Part shown: positions 39,229 through 52,415 of the stretch, piece by piece
Numbering within the stretch: the first letter of the stretch is position 1
Layout: each line of letters starts with the position of its first letter
NCBI GenBank assembly: GCA_001938485.1
Contig: MQRK01245821.1
Coordinates: 1 to 64,000 of the forward strand
Reading direction: 5' to 3'
Length of the DNA stretch: 64,000 nt
From: Girardia tigrina
Taxonomy: Eukaryota
Translations under genes and position numbers: made by a program
The notes under the pieces: model-generated
What the model was told of the DNA's origin: nothing
The model's database searches: none
The model's input: only the letters and a program-made list of their open reading frames with translations

Positions 39229-41617
39229 TACTTATATTTTACAAAAATTTAACATTAACAATAATTTATATTACAAAATTCATTATTTTTAATGAATTTC
39301 ATAATTATCTAATTCTTTATTTTGAACGATCAATCTTGATAATTTGAGATCACTCGAAGTATATTTAATTTTGATCTCTAAATTTATATTAAACTTTTTA
39401 ATCCTTCTACTGATTTACTCGTATCATATACGGGAGTATCATGCATTCAATTGTTAAACTTTTGTTGAATGTTGAAGAAACATACTTTAATCGATGTGGC
39501 CGTATTTCATGTTACACAAGAAGAGCTTAAAAATGAAATAATACAGTCGATTCAACACGGGATAATCTAATTACAAAGAAATCTTAACAGAAACAACTAA
39601 ATCTAACGAAGATCGGCACGCGGAATTTATAAACATAAAATGTCCGATTGTGTGATCGAAACTGTCTTTCATGAATAATGATTGTGAGGAATATTTTTGA
39701 GTAGTGTTTATTATATGTTGTTTGTATGTTGTTTTAAGATTGAGTTTCAACAATCTAAATGAAAGATTGATGTGCTATAAGTTTTAGACCGCCGTATTAC
39801 TTAGGCAATTTAAAAGAGTAAATAACAACATTAAGATTAAATTAATTTATCCTAATCATAAATAATATATTTCGAATTTGTAAAACGAAAGTTTTTAAGA
39901 GAGATTTCCAAAATAAGTATACTTTAAGAAGGATATTTATTTATATACCAACAATTTTGTATCAAGTCCCAAAACACTTTACCAAAGCACTGTTCCGAAC
40001 CATAGGATCAGATTCCTGTTTTTATTCTTTTTGAAAAAAGAAAAAGTCGAAATGTGAAACATTTTGACTTTTAAATTGGAAAAGTTAAAATATTATTTCA
40101 GAACGTATTTAAAAAAACATTTTATTACTGTTTATCATAAATGAATTTTAGAAATTCTTTAGACGTTTTTTTATTAGATTTTTTCTTTTATTTACATAAT
40201 TTTCAGTCTAAATGGGTAATTGTTATATAATTAGTTTTACATCTATCAGAAAGAAGAACACGTTTCGGATGAATAATGAACCATCTGGCGTTGGTTGAGA
40301 CTTATTTACAAAATAGTTTATTGCTTCTCTTTTATACAACAATTTATACTAAATAGAATTTTGGATTTCTTTACTTTGGAAAATCAGAGATATTTGTTAT
40401 AATTTTTCACTTTTTTCACTAAATCAATATGAATTTATAGCAATGCAAGATGGTAAAGATCAATGGTAAATAAGTCCTAGTAAAAAATGTTTTATACTAG
40501 TTTCCTACATCAAGTCATACATCTATAAATCAAAATCATTAGCCAAATCGTTGCGTCAAAGTTATACACGAAGAGGTCCCCGGTCGAATGGAGCAAAAAC
40601 AAATAGTTTACATGCAGAAATAAACGACCAAAAGATGAAACAATGTGTCGTGCTGGGATCGTTAATTTATTAAAAAAATCATATTAATTTCCATCTGGTT
40701 TCGACTCAATCTTAAGCTCATTCATTTTTCGGATGCTGAGATGATTGTAATGTTTAAAAGGTCTAAAAGATAATTATTGATTAATTATTCGATTGATGGA
40801 AAAACTTAATAAGGTCCATATTAATTGCCATTTGGCAAATATTTATTTTTTTAATTTTATTATTTCTGTTTGTTATTTATTTTATTTTAATAATTGTAAT
40901 TTATTCATTGTTATTATCTTAATTTTTATTTGTTTTATATGTTTTTGTGAAGTCTGTTGTTCCTTGTCCTCTATTTTGTCGAAATGATTTGTATAAAAGT
41001 AGAGGGCTCTGTAGATGTATGACAAAATTTGGATCTATAAAAGTTTATGTAAACCTTTTCTTTGGTAAGAATAATTTTATTCGTTTTTCTTTTCCTTTTT
41101 TGTTTTCGATGGAGGTTGGAAAATCATAAATGAAGACCTGCTAAAACCTGATAAAACTATTGACGGTCAGGTAGTCGAGAAAGCTGCTGACTGGTTGACG
41201 ATATGGTAGTTGAAGAAGAGCTAACGCTCCATAAAACGTCATGATAGTTTCTTCAGAGAACATTCTTGGAATATATTCAAAGCCACCGATCAGTGGTCTG
41301 ACAACAGCAGATTTTCAAAGTGCTATCAAAACGGTTGACTACCTGGCGAGAAGAGGAAAGATAAATTTGATCGTTCAACCTTCAGCAATCTCTGTTTCCA
41401 GTTTTTTGTTTTTAATTCTAAGAATTGATTAATCAAGCAGCGCACTTCAGAGTTTTATTCAAGTTTTTTTTAAACGGAATACTTATACATTGCAAGTTAA
41501 TCAATAAATTAATAATTGACATTTTAGAAAAAACTAAATGAGAATAATGTCTTCTAAACGAAATAACGTGTTAGAAATCAACAAAAGCACAATCATATTA
41601 AACAAAAATATAAAAAA

Positions 41618-41934
41618 TATAAAAGCCCAAGTCACTCACTGCCTCACTAACGCTGTAAGGTAAATTTTTGAAATGATTTTATAATCAATAAAGAAATGAT
41701 TGTATATTATTAAATAAATAATAGACTGATATTAGTGATGTATCTAATATCAGTCTATTATTTATTTATTAATATACAATCATTTCTTTATTGATTATAA
41801 AATCATTTCAAAAATTTACCTTACAGCGTTAGTGAGGCAGTGAGGCAGGCAGTGAGTGACTTGGGCTTTTATAATATAAAAAAATATTGAACCCCCGGCA
41901 AGAGAGGGCCGCGAAGCGGGCCGAGCGCGCAAGT
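41618..41934. mobile_element. Fold-back element (~120-bp inverted arms) followed by a Helitron-like 3' hairpin
   Basis: Arms 41618-41735 and 41744-41873 are nearly identical in inverted orientation with an 8-nt loop; cactcactgcctcact tract; GC hairpin ggccgcgaagcgggcc then gcgcgcaagt. Confidence 0.7.
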
Positions 41935-42255
41935 AAAAAATATTACATGTTTGCATTTTGATTGATTAAGCCCCTGGATAGAGTTGTGCTCAGATTTATA
42001 GAATATCAGTCATACCATAGAACAAAGAAGGTATTCGAATGCTTCCCGATTTCGGCATTTGTCATTTATTAGAACGAATGTGTTCTCTGAAAGAATTTCA
42101 TCGGTAAAAGATAATGTCAGACGAAATTTAATTTGAAAAAATAACAAGTCTTTTTTGAACGAACATCGAAATTTTTTATTATAAAAGTAAAAAGTATTAT
42201 TTGTGTTAAAATAAATAAGTTATAAAGTCATTTTAGCATATTTAATTAATATATA

Positions 42256-43407
42256 TTAGGGTGAACCAAAAGTCTTCGTATTTTTTATTAAAAATTTAAA
42301 CATAATTTTAAAACAAATAAAAAACATTTAAGTTTCAAAGTAAAGGCTATTTGAATCTATAGCTTTAATACATCTATGGGCAAGTGGTGCGATCCCGCTG
42401 CGGTACCAATCCTTGTTCTTAGAAGCGAAGAACTGGTGACACCCGTTTTCAACCTCGGCCAGATTATTGAAGCTGCGACCACGAAGAAAATGTGCCATAG
42501 AGCAGAGAAGGTGATAGTCGGATGGCGCAAGATCCGGACTATACGATCAAAGTTGGGCATTTCTTGCCAAGTGCCGCATACATTCGATCAAGTTTGGTAC
42601 GACCATTTAAAAACAAGCTCGAAGTGAATCACGCCTTCAAAATTCCACCAAACACACAAAAGTGCCTTCCTTGAGAAACGATCTCGTTTCGCTACCGGTT
42701 TCGCCATTTTTAAAGGGTCCAACCATTGATTTTGTTGGTCTGGATTACTGAAGTAAACCTACTTTTCATCGCAATTTACAATTCGACGGATGAAACGGTC
42801 ATCGCGCGGATTTTCAAGCAATTTTTGACAGGTTTCGAAACGTTTTTCGGCTTGAATTTGTGTCAATTCATGAGGCACTTCTCGACATCATCTATTGACC
42901 TTGTCAAGAGCGTGAAGGTATCGTACAATGGATTTTTGAGGAATATCGAGTTCGGCCGACAATCTGCGAGTACTTATTGACGGATTTTTCTCCACGGCTT
43001 CATTAATTGCTTCGGAATCTACGGTGATAGGTCGGCCTGAACGTGCATTGTCTCCGAGGTCAATGTCGCCTTCGTTGAACCTTTTGAACAAATTTTGTGC
43101 AGTACGATTTGAAACCACATTATCGCCTTCAACATTACATATCATCTTTGTTGCTGCAGTTGCGTTTAAGCCCTGTTTCCAGTAATGGCGTAAAAGAACA
43201 CGAATTTCAAAATTTTCCATGATTTTTCTAAAAGGCCATAAAAATTATATTAACGACTAATTAGAAGTTTTAATACATATAGTGATAGAGCAGTTCAAGA
43301 GCTTTAAAAATATATATCACATGTATATAAAATATCTTTATTTGGTAATACGAAACAATTGAACAAAAAGACGTAGAAAATACGAAAATACTTTTCGTTC
43401 ACCCTAA
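42256..43407 (-). mobile_element. Defective mariner (1152 bp)
   Basis: TIRs ttagggtgaaccaaaagt / acttttcgttcaccctaa with TA flanks. Transposase from 43220 shows RSGRP, EVPHEL, IVNCDEK, LLCVWWNFEG and YSPDLAPSDY; the DNARPH region is deleted. Confidence 0.93.
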
Positions 43408-44150
43408 TAATATATATTTTCATGAAAACTAATTTTATTTTTAGACAATTATAATTTTGGTATTTTGCTTTTTAAAGATGGTCACCACACTATGATTTAA
43501 TATAATTAAATAAAAAAATAATTAAATCTTTTTTTTCAAAAACAAAAATTTAATAACTTTAAATAATTTTTTTTTAATTCAATATTGGTTTTGATTTATT
43601 GAAAAAAAAATTCTTTTTATATAAATAAATAATGGTTTTATTTTTCAAAATTATTATTGATAATTTTTGATAAAATTAATTTAATTGAAATTTAAGGGAT
43701 AAATAACGATATTTTAAAAGAAAAACAAATTGTATGTAATTTAGATTGTAAAAAAATGAAATTAATTATTCGGCAGTCCTCCATCATTCATCTTTCCTCC
43801 TCCTCCTTCTATTCCGCCCTTCTTTTGTTACAGAAAACTGTTGCAATTACATGACTCACTTTCCTCCGAAGAATGAAATTTCCGTTTGAAAAATCGGGAA
43901 TTTTAATATTTTTAAAATTATAAATAAGAATCAACATTTTTTAATGGTTGATATGATTATTTAATTATAAATTTATTTTTTTGAAATTTTAATCATGATT
44001 TTTTGTGGGCACATAAAATTTGTGTAATTTAATACACCAGGGTATGTTTAGAGTTTTCCGTCAATAAAATACATGCATCTATTATTTTAATTTGTGTAAG
44101 TTTTAAAAAAGGAATACCAATTTTCTAATGAAAAATAATTATAGACAATA

Positions 44151-44720
44151 CAGTGTGTCCGCGACTGACGCGTTTCCGACCTACGCAGTTTCGGAAATAT
44201 GTGGTCAGTAACTGTTCTTGTAAATAAATATTTAGTAAATAAATAAGTTTAAATTGGATTAAATTTAGCAAGTTTTGAATTTAAATATGTCTCGAAATAA
44301 TTCGAAAAATGGAACACTTTTTTTAACAATCACAAACAAAAGACTGAAAACAATATTTTTTGCATTGTGATTCAAGAGCACTTAACAATGAAGAGTTGGT
44401 GGAACTCGAACAAGGGGATTAAAAGGAAGTTTGCGACAAAGAAGAGAAAACAGAACTTGTGAAACGATTTGAGACGAAGACAATGGCATATTGCTTTAGA
44501 CTGATTGACGAAGGACTAGCCGATTTAGAAGCTCAGAATTCTACGATTAAAATATTTCAGAAGGTATTTCAAGGTGTTTATGGTGTCAATTCATGCTATA
44601 AAGTTTTTTACAAAGAGAAGAAAAGAGCCGCAGTTCAAACCATACTTGACAATTTCGTTTTTTTTTGAAATCCGCATAGACAGTAGCAGAAGACGAAAAC
44701 AGTGAGAAGTGAACTTTATT
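44151..44720 (+). mobile_element. pogo/Tigger remnant: left TIR plus transposase C-terminus
   Basis: TA|cagtgtgtccgcgactgacgcg terminus; LNNEELVELEQ and CYKVFYKEKKRAAVQTILDNF resemble Tigger-type C-termini. Confidence 0.7.
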
Positions 44721-45567
44721 TACCTCCCTTCTCTGCATGAAATTATATATTTATATATTAAATATCTAAAACTTAAAATTATAAATTTGAAAAAATAATT
44801 AATTAACAATAAATGAAATTATTGATGTTAAATTGCCATGAAGACAAAAATCACTTACCTGAGAATGTTTAGTTCTTCGACAATTCATCCCTACAACAAC
44901 CGAAGTTAACCATTTAAAAGAAAATTAATTAAATAAAGAGAAGAAAAAAATATATTAAAAGAAAAATCCATATCCAAACCTCATATAATTCACTCCAAAT
45001 ATATCAATGCTCAACAATAATGAAAGAAGATAGGTCATCTAAAGAACCATTGCAATTATTAGTGATCATGCCATTCCTAAGATTGATGACAGTATTTTTA
45101 ATTAGTTAATTTCCCCTTACTACTCTCATTCATATTTTTAGTTATTGTATATACTTCTTTTTATCTTTCTGTTACAACTGTTTTTGTTGGTATAATTATT
45201 AAAAATTATAAAGAAAAAACTTTAAATTTCTCATTCATACAACAAGCATAACTAAAACACATCTAAAAAGATTGTTAAAAGCGAATTATAATATAAAACG
45301 TGGAACTAAGCGCTTTTAATAGTAATTATAAGTACTGTCAGTAGATAAAGGGTTAATCCTTTATATAATTAACAAATTGACAAATAAATTTAATAACCCT
45401 TTTTCAAATTGTATTTTAGTAATTGATTTAGGCGGAAGCATGAACATCGATCATATGATTAAGGCCCCACAGATCACTCTCTCCCAATACTTTTTAAATG
45501 GATTGCAAGAATTTTAAAATTATAAATGCGGATAATTTGAAGACTATTATTCGATCTTGCTTCAATA

Positions 45568-45976
45568 TATGTGACCAAAGATGAGAAAAGGGACCATAAG
45601 TAGGAAACTGAGTTAAGAGTGACACGTTTTAGGTCTTATAATAATTAACAACTGTGCAAAAAAATCATGCTGATATTCCATCATTTGACTCTTCTACAGA
45701 TATTACAATGGTCATATTCGTAAAAACTCGTTTTTGAGAAAACGCGAATTGAAACATTATGTTTATTAAAATCACTGCTACACACATAAATTGAATTTGG
45801 TAATTAAGGCCTATAAATAGGTCAGAACAACTAATGATGCATACTGTATACAGGGGCATGGATTGACCTATTGAAATAGACAGAGAACTACTTTTGCGCC
45901 ATTTTGACTATTACAGGCAATTTCTGGGCGTTTTGTGCAGTGACTTGTGGTCCTTTTTCTCAGCTGCGGTCACATA
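45568..45976. mobile_element. MITE with ~34-bp imperfect TIRs (tatgtgacc...)
   Basis: tatgtgaccaaagatgagaaaagggaccataagt versus right-end reverse complement tatgtgaccgcagctgagaaaaaggaccacaagt. Confidence 0.8.
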
Positions 45977-46149
45977 CTATTGGATCTTATATTTAATAAA
46001 TATTTTATATCGAAATTTTAATAAAATCATCATTAAGGAAGCTTTCATTATTTAAATTAATCAAAAAACAACAAGTAGTTTATGTAACTATATAAGTTTT
46101 GGTTTTTCTAAATGTAGTCAGACATATCGATTGATATTCGAATTCCGTT

Positions 46150-46690
46150 TAATCAATTAAGAACTTGTTGGGAGAAAGTAATTGGGAGGACCTAATAAAA
46201 TGTTTAAATTAATAAAATCGATGGTTTATCCCGGATTAACCAGATTAGATGACATGACCAATGTGGTCACATCCAAAAGAACTTGGTAGTGAGAGACGTA
46301 AATTGGTAGACGTAATGACGCAAACTGAGAACTGTTTTTACACTGTGATTACACAATTTACTTTTTATCTTATTTTTCCTAGCTTAAGCTCTATAGTGTT
46401 GTTTAATGACATGTATTTGTCGTCTTTCTGTATAATTTTGTATAAAAGTTGTATTGCAAAATATGATAATAAATTCTTTTTTGAAAATTAATTATTCTCT
46501 CAAACAATTTCAATATTAAACTCCAGAATTATGCTTTCTCAACTATCAACTTTAAAGAAAATTATTTTTTAAGAACAAAGTTTGTTATTACGGACAACGG
46601 TCGGTCCCATTATACGCCAATTCAAGTTCCTTGTCAATATACGAAAAGATTATCAAAGTATCATTGCATCTCAAAATGGAAATAAAAAAA
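46150..46690 (+). mobile_element. Highly decayed Gypsy RNase H / integrase relic
   Basis: IDGLSRIN (ADxLSR-like), VITDNGRS (TDNG) and YH..SQNG occur in the expected order. Confidence 0.45.
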
Positions 46691-47425
46691 ATTTAATATA
46701 AGAAAATATCTGATAAATTGTTTTTTTAATCATGATTTACCATTTTCAAATGCTTTTGATATAACTTTTATAAATTAATAATGGTATTAATAAAAACAAA
46801 TAGAAGTATTTCTAAAGGAGTAGAGGTATTTATTTAAGGAAGATAACCCTGTAAAAACATTTCAATTTTGTTCAAATATCATAATCACCTTCTACAATCT
46901 TTTGCTGATTTATTTAGAAAAAGGAACTTTAAAATTATCTTCCTTGATGTACTAAACAATGGCTTCCACATTAGGATATATAAAATCTTCAAATTTCATA
47001 TCGAAAATAATTCAAACGGTTAAAATACTCTTCAGAGTATAGCATAAATAAGAAGGATTTGGGGGGTCAAATAAAACTTATTCCTAACTGTTGGCAAAAC
47101 ATAAAAATAAAATTTCCATTTGTACCTGCGGCAAATACGACGTATAGTCCAAAATATCTACAAAGTAATTAAAATCTTTAAGAGTAGACGAATTATAATG
47201 AAGACGTATTCTCAGTTGGGAGGAAAATATTTTCATCCTCATTTAACAAACATCAATTTGTATTTCTTACTTTTTGATTCTCATTGAGCACTTGGAATAG
47301 CGCACTAAAAAACGATTGCAATAAAAATTATTATAATAAATTTTAATGTCATAAAAATATTGTGAATTAGTGAATTTGGCAAATATGAAAATAATTAAAT
47401 TATTATTTAAAAAAAATTTAAAATA

Positions 47426-48587
47426 TTAGTTTGGGGGAAAAAGAAATCCATTATTTTTGGCGTGAAATTCAAAACTTTATTTAACATGTTTTGGATTTTC
47501 CTCTTGGAGTCAAATATGCACCGTTTTGTTGTATAATTAGTTACCATTTTGAAGGTAGCTTCATAATGCCTCTCTCGTAGAAGTCTTGGTCCTTATTGGC
47601 GAAAAACTTATTAGCGAAATGGTGGATGCATTAAAACTTCCAAACCAAGGTCCCTGAGTTTCTGTCGAGTCACTACAGACGTATGTGGTCTGGCGTTGTC
47701 GTGATGGAACACAACACCTCTTCTATTGGCCAATTCTGGTCGTTTCTCATCAAGCGCTATCTTCAAACGGTCAAGTTGTTGACAGTACAGATCTGAATTT
47801 AGTGTTTGGCCATACGGAAGCAACTCATAATAAATGATTCCTTTCCAGTCCCACCAAATACACAGTAGAACCTTCCTCGCCATTAGTCTTGGTTTGGCGA
47901 CCGTATAAGGTGCTTCACTGTACTTTGACCACAATTGTTTTCGTACAATATTGTCGTATGTAACCCATTTCTAATCCCCAGTAACCATCCGTTTAAGAAA
48001 TGGGTCGATTTCATTTCGTTTGGCAAAGGCTTCGCAGATGGAAATTCGATCCATCATGTTTTTTTGGTTTTAATTGGTGTGGAACCCAAACATCAAGTTT
48101 CTTTTTGAATCCTGCTTTGCCCAAATGGTTTAAAATAGTTTTGTGGTCGATCTTCAGCTCCTGTGCGATGCTACGACGACTAAGATGCCAGTCAACTTCG
48201 ATCATTGCCGAGATTTTATCGACATTTACAACGATAGACCTGCATGTGCGAGGTGCATCTTTAACATCAAAAATGTCTCCACGGAATCGACGAAACCAAA
48301 ATTGCGTGTAATTAGCCGTTACAGTATTGACAACATAAACACCATTTGCAATAACAGCCGCCTGGCTTGCATTTTCGCTTTTATGGAATAAAAACTGTAA
48401 AATGTACCGAATTTTTTCTTTGTTGACTTCCATTTTTAACACCCTGTAACTCAGAACTGAATAAAGAAAGCAAAACATTTTTTGTGAAATTACTGTGAAA
48501 TGTTACCTTGACAAAGAGCATAAATTTGAAATTGTTTGATCGATAAATAATGCATTAAAATAATGGATTACTTTTTCCCCAACCTAA
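47426..48587 (-). mobile_element. Defective mariner, mellifera-subfamily-like (1162 bp)
   Basis: TIRs with TA flanks; MEVNKEKIRYILQF, LDVWVPHQL, KVLLCIWWDWKGIIYYELLP, FHHDNARPH and LMHPP; YSPDLAPSD segment deleted; frameshift near 48060. Confidence 0.95.
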
Positions 48588-49579
48588 TATTACTATTTTA
48601 TTTTAGAGTTGCTTTTGAATTGCTTTTGAAATTAAACTTGAACAAAGAGGTCGTTGTTCGGGTTAAGTGTATTTGGTTGACCGAGTGTGCCTAGTTGCTA
48701 GTGGGGATGTCCGAGCATTTCACCGGTCTGTTTTGTAGAATGTATAGTCTTATTCATGGATTGAGAATGATTAAAAAATCTTTTCACTGTTCATGTATTT
48801 TGTAACTTTTGTTATATGACTTTTTTAGTCTGATTTGATTATGGGGATGAAAATATTTTAGCGACATTTTTTGACGATTAATTTTCAAATTGATGAAAAA
48901 GAGTTATTTTGCTGAAAACGATTATTGAGAATGTTGAAAATTAAATTGTAGAAGAGACGAATATTTTGATGATTTTTTTATTTAAAATTGCGAGTAATTT
49001 TATTAATTGAAAATTTGAGTACCAGTTGAATATTTGAAAATGATTTTGATTTTCGTCGTAACTTAAACTTTGAACCCTTTTTAAAAGACTTCTTTCGTGT
49101 GAATATTCTGATATAAAAGGAGCAGAAAAAAAAGAACTCTGATTTATTTTTAAAATGAGCCCAGTACCATAAACATTATTATTTTAGCCGTTCTCTGCAG
49201 CAAATAAGGAGTTGTCATAACAGCGACTATCATTTAGCTGTCCGCAGATTCTCTCAGTGTTAAACAACACTAAGTGTTTTTTAGATGCAGATGTAGATAT
49301 ATGTTTTGTGAGTAATGTTTGATTGTAAAAAAAGGGGTGGCAAATTATTTCATCAACTTACCCAACCGGAAACAAACAAATGGATGTCAACAAATTATTC
49401 GAAATTATTATCAATCAAAGAAATCAAGTAGCAAAATATCAAAACTCGAACAGAAATCGAAACGAAAAGGTTTAGTAAAGCATCAATGTTATTTAACATT
49501 TGTCGAAACATATCGATCCATTCTCAGTTAATATCTCATAAATATCAAAACGAAGAGCTAATTATCCAGGTTATATTCA

Positions 49580-50717
49580 GGTAACCAGACAATTCGACAC
49601 AAATTTTTTAATTCGACATTTTTTTAATGGGACAAATATTTTATTTCGACATATTTAAATTTCAATTAATTTTTTTTAATTCAACAAATAACTAAAATGA
49701 AATATTTTCATTATTACTACACATTTTTTGAAACTCGACATTTTCAATAACTATATTTTTAGTTAGACTAATGAGTTATATCAATGAAAAAATATCAATT
49801 TAATATGAAAAAAAATCAATTTTTATGAAACAATTTTTTTTAATACGACACATTTATTAAAAAATAATTAAAATTAAAAAGTAAAAGTTAAATCTACAAT
49901 AAGACGACACAATTTTTTTAATTCTACACATTTATTAATTCGACACAGTAAAAGTTAATTTTTAACATTTTATTCATTGCAAATTAGCTAGCCAACGCAA
50001 GTATTTCAGTTTTTCATCATTCGATGCATTCAAATTGTATTCTTGCACAACCATTGCAATAGCCTCACTCAATGATACATATTTTTTCTTTATAACCTCA
50101 GGGCGACTTGAAAGAGCATTTGCCAAAGTCAGTCTATGACAAGCTATATCTCTTCCAAGTCCATCAAGCAAGGTCCAAACACTGGGGTGGCTGCATTGAA
50201 ATATGGCATTAAGAGCATTGTGGAAACCTTCACAACAATTTGTAGTTTTTGGTGTCTGCTCACCAGCAGAATCGAAATGGTTCCAGCATTTTATTGGAAA
50301 CTGAGGAGCTCTACCAAGAGCACCCTCAATATAAGTCGATAAGAAATATGTGAGAATTATCATTCCTCATCATGGAATGTTGCAGCAAGAATATCAAAAA
50401 CATTCTTGACATCAGTGTCAGGCACAAAAGCCAAAGCACAAAGTGATTTTAGCCTAAGTTTGATATCAATGTTGCTCTCATATTCATTCTTTAATCCAAC
50501 AATGTTGACTTTTCTGATAAGACTTTGACAGAGGTGAAATTAGCAACCTCTAACATCTACATAGAAAAATGAAAAAAGTTTTGAATTAAAAAAAACTAAT
50601 CGAAATTTAAAAATGTCGAAATAAAATATTTGTTCCATTAAAAAATGTGTCGAATTAAAAAATTTATGTCGAATTGTCTTGTGTCGAAAAGTACGTGTAT
50701 TGAATTGTCATAGAACC
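49580..50717 (-). mobile_element. Non-autonomous Mutator-like (MULE/Phantom-type) deletion derivative
   Basis: 9-bp TSD ttatattca / ttatataca (1 mismatch); GG...CC ends with long TIRs built of ttcgacac repeats; transposase C-terminal half (GC*FHLCQ, ALAFVP, TTNCCEGFHN, HPSVW). Confidence 0.92.
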
Positions 50718-52415
50718 TTATATACATTGTCGAATTTAGGAACAACAATCGGATTAGTTTGTCGAAACTATCTGAATTCAACAAAAATTCGCCACACAAT
50801 TAATGACGTTCTTGATTGTTTAATTGAAATTCTTTTAATAGAAAATTGTGTCAGAAAATGATTTGATTTAGTTATGTTTAAATTTAGTTATGTGTTGAAT
50901 TTTATGACTTAAAGAGTTGAAAAATATTTGTTCGTGTTTCTTTTGGATTTTGTAATTTGAAAGGAAAAGGGCAATTATTGAATTTGGATTGAATCTGAAT
51001 TTTTTTTAAAAAAAATTTAAATTTCATTAATTAAATTTGAAATTATTGTAATTTTTTTAATTGGAAAAATCGATTCGAAATTTGTAAAAAAAATTTAATG
51101 TTAAAAAAATCGATTTGTTTTATCGAATTAGTTTAATCAAAATTTGTGATTTTGTTGATATTTTGATTCGAATGAAAATATATTTTTTGGCGTTTCGGTT
51201 TTAAAATACTTCAAATTAAATATTTCAAATTGATGAACATAATGTCAATTTGTCTTGTGTGAAAAAATATTTTTTGCTCTGAATTCATAAATAAAAAAAT
51301 CAACAAATTCAATGAAAAACATTGAAAATATTCATTGGGATGAAAATCTAACTTTAAATAAACTATCAGCAGATTTTGGTAAAAAACGTAAAAAGTCGAC
51401 ATTCCGATTTGTTTGAAAACCAATCTTTCGGTTTTGATTTTGAAAGAAAAAAAATAAATTTGGAAAATTTGAATTATCTGAATAGAAGTCGTCAATTTGA
51501 CCGAATAAGTAAATTGTCGTTGTTTTTTAAGTCCAAATACGATGGTCGATCATGTAATTGTGTTCCACGAGAGTGTTTTAATCAATTTATTCATGATGCA
51601 ATACATCACTCGATTGCTGAATGCGCGCTGCTGGAATCGGTTTGCGGTTCCAACAATGACATATCGCAATAAATTTATATTTCGGTCGAGCATCCTCAGT
51701 GGTATATTCGAAATATACGACGGCAGTATTTCCAGTCCGTATTCGGCAGTAGTGGAGGTGATAATAGCGAGAGTGACGGACGCCAGGCGCGTTTGACCAA
51801 GAAGGACGCGTTTGATCAAATTAGAGGCGGTGAAAAAAACTTCTGGAAACATTTAAGATCAAATATATCTTCGAATTGATGTTAGAGAATAAAAAGATGA
51901 TGTTTGGACTACAAATCAGCTCATCAGAAAAAGTTGATCGGCACAATCGGTATCACGAATTTCACGTGATCTGTCTGCCAATTCTGCGCTGCAAGTTTTT
52001 TAATGTGTGGCACTCCTCTAATTATCAAATTGTTGGATTACTTTTCGACTAGGATATTCTCGAGATTAACTCCAGTTTACAATTGCAATTATACTTTAAA
52101 TCGATGGTGACCGGTCAGCTCTGTGTCGAGCTTGATTCGGTGTATTTAGTGGCCGACACAATACAAATGAAAATTAGCAGCGGCAACGGAATCCAATCGA
52201 CCGATCTCGCCGGAGTACAAAAATTAAAGGTATTTATCTGAACCTCCACGCGACTCGAATTCTGCCGCCCAACTACAGGGTGCTGCAATCACACGAGTCC
52301 AGCGCCCACTCTCTTATCAATAGTTGAGTTTTATTCCTCTAAGAACCACAATTGACTTTTATGTGACAAACTTTTTATTTTAACTTTGCTTTCCTGATCA
52401 AATTTTGAGCACACT

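Noticed and set aside
40255-40295. Minus-strand hammerhead-like ...agatgg...ccgaaacgtgtt
   Set aside because: The CUGANGA core is destroyed (cgccaga); at most a dead PLE relic.
51675-51702. Minus-strand CTGAGGA...GAAA
   Set aside because: Stem II cannot form; likely chance.
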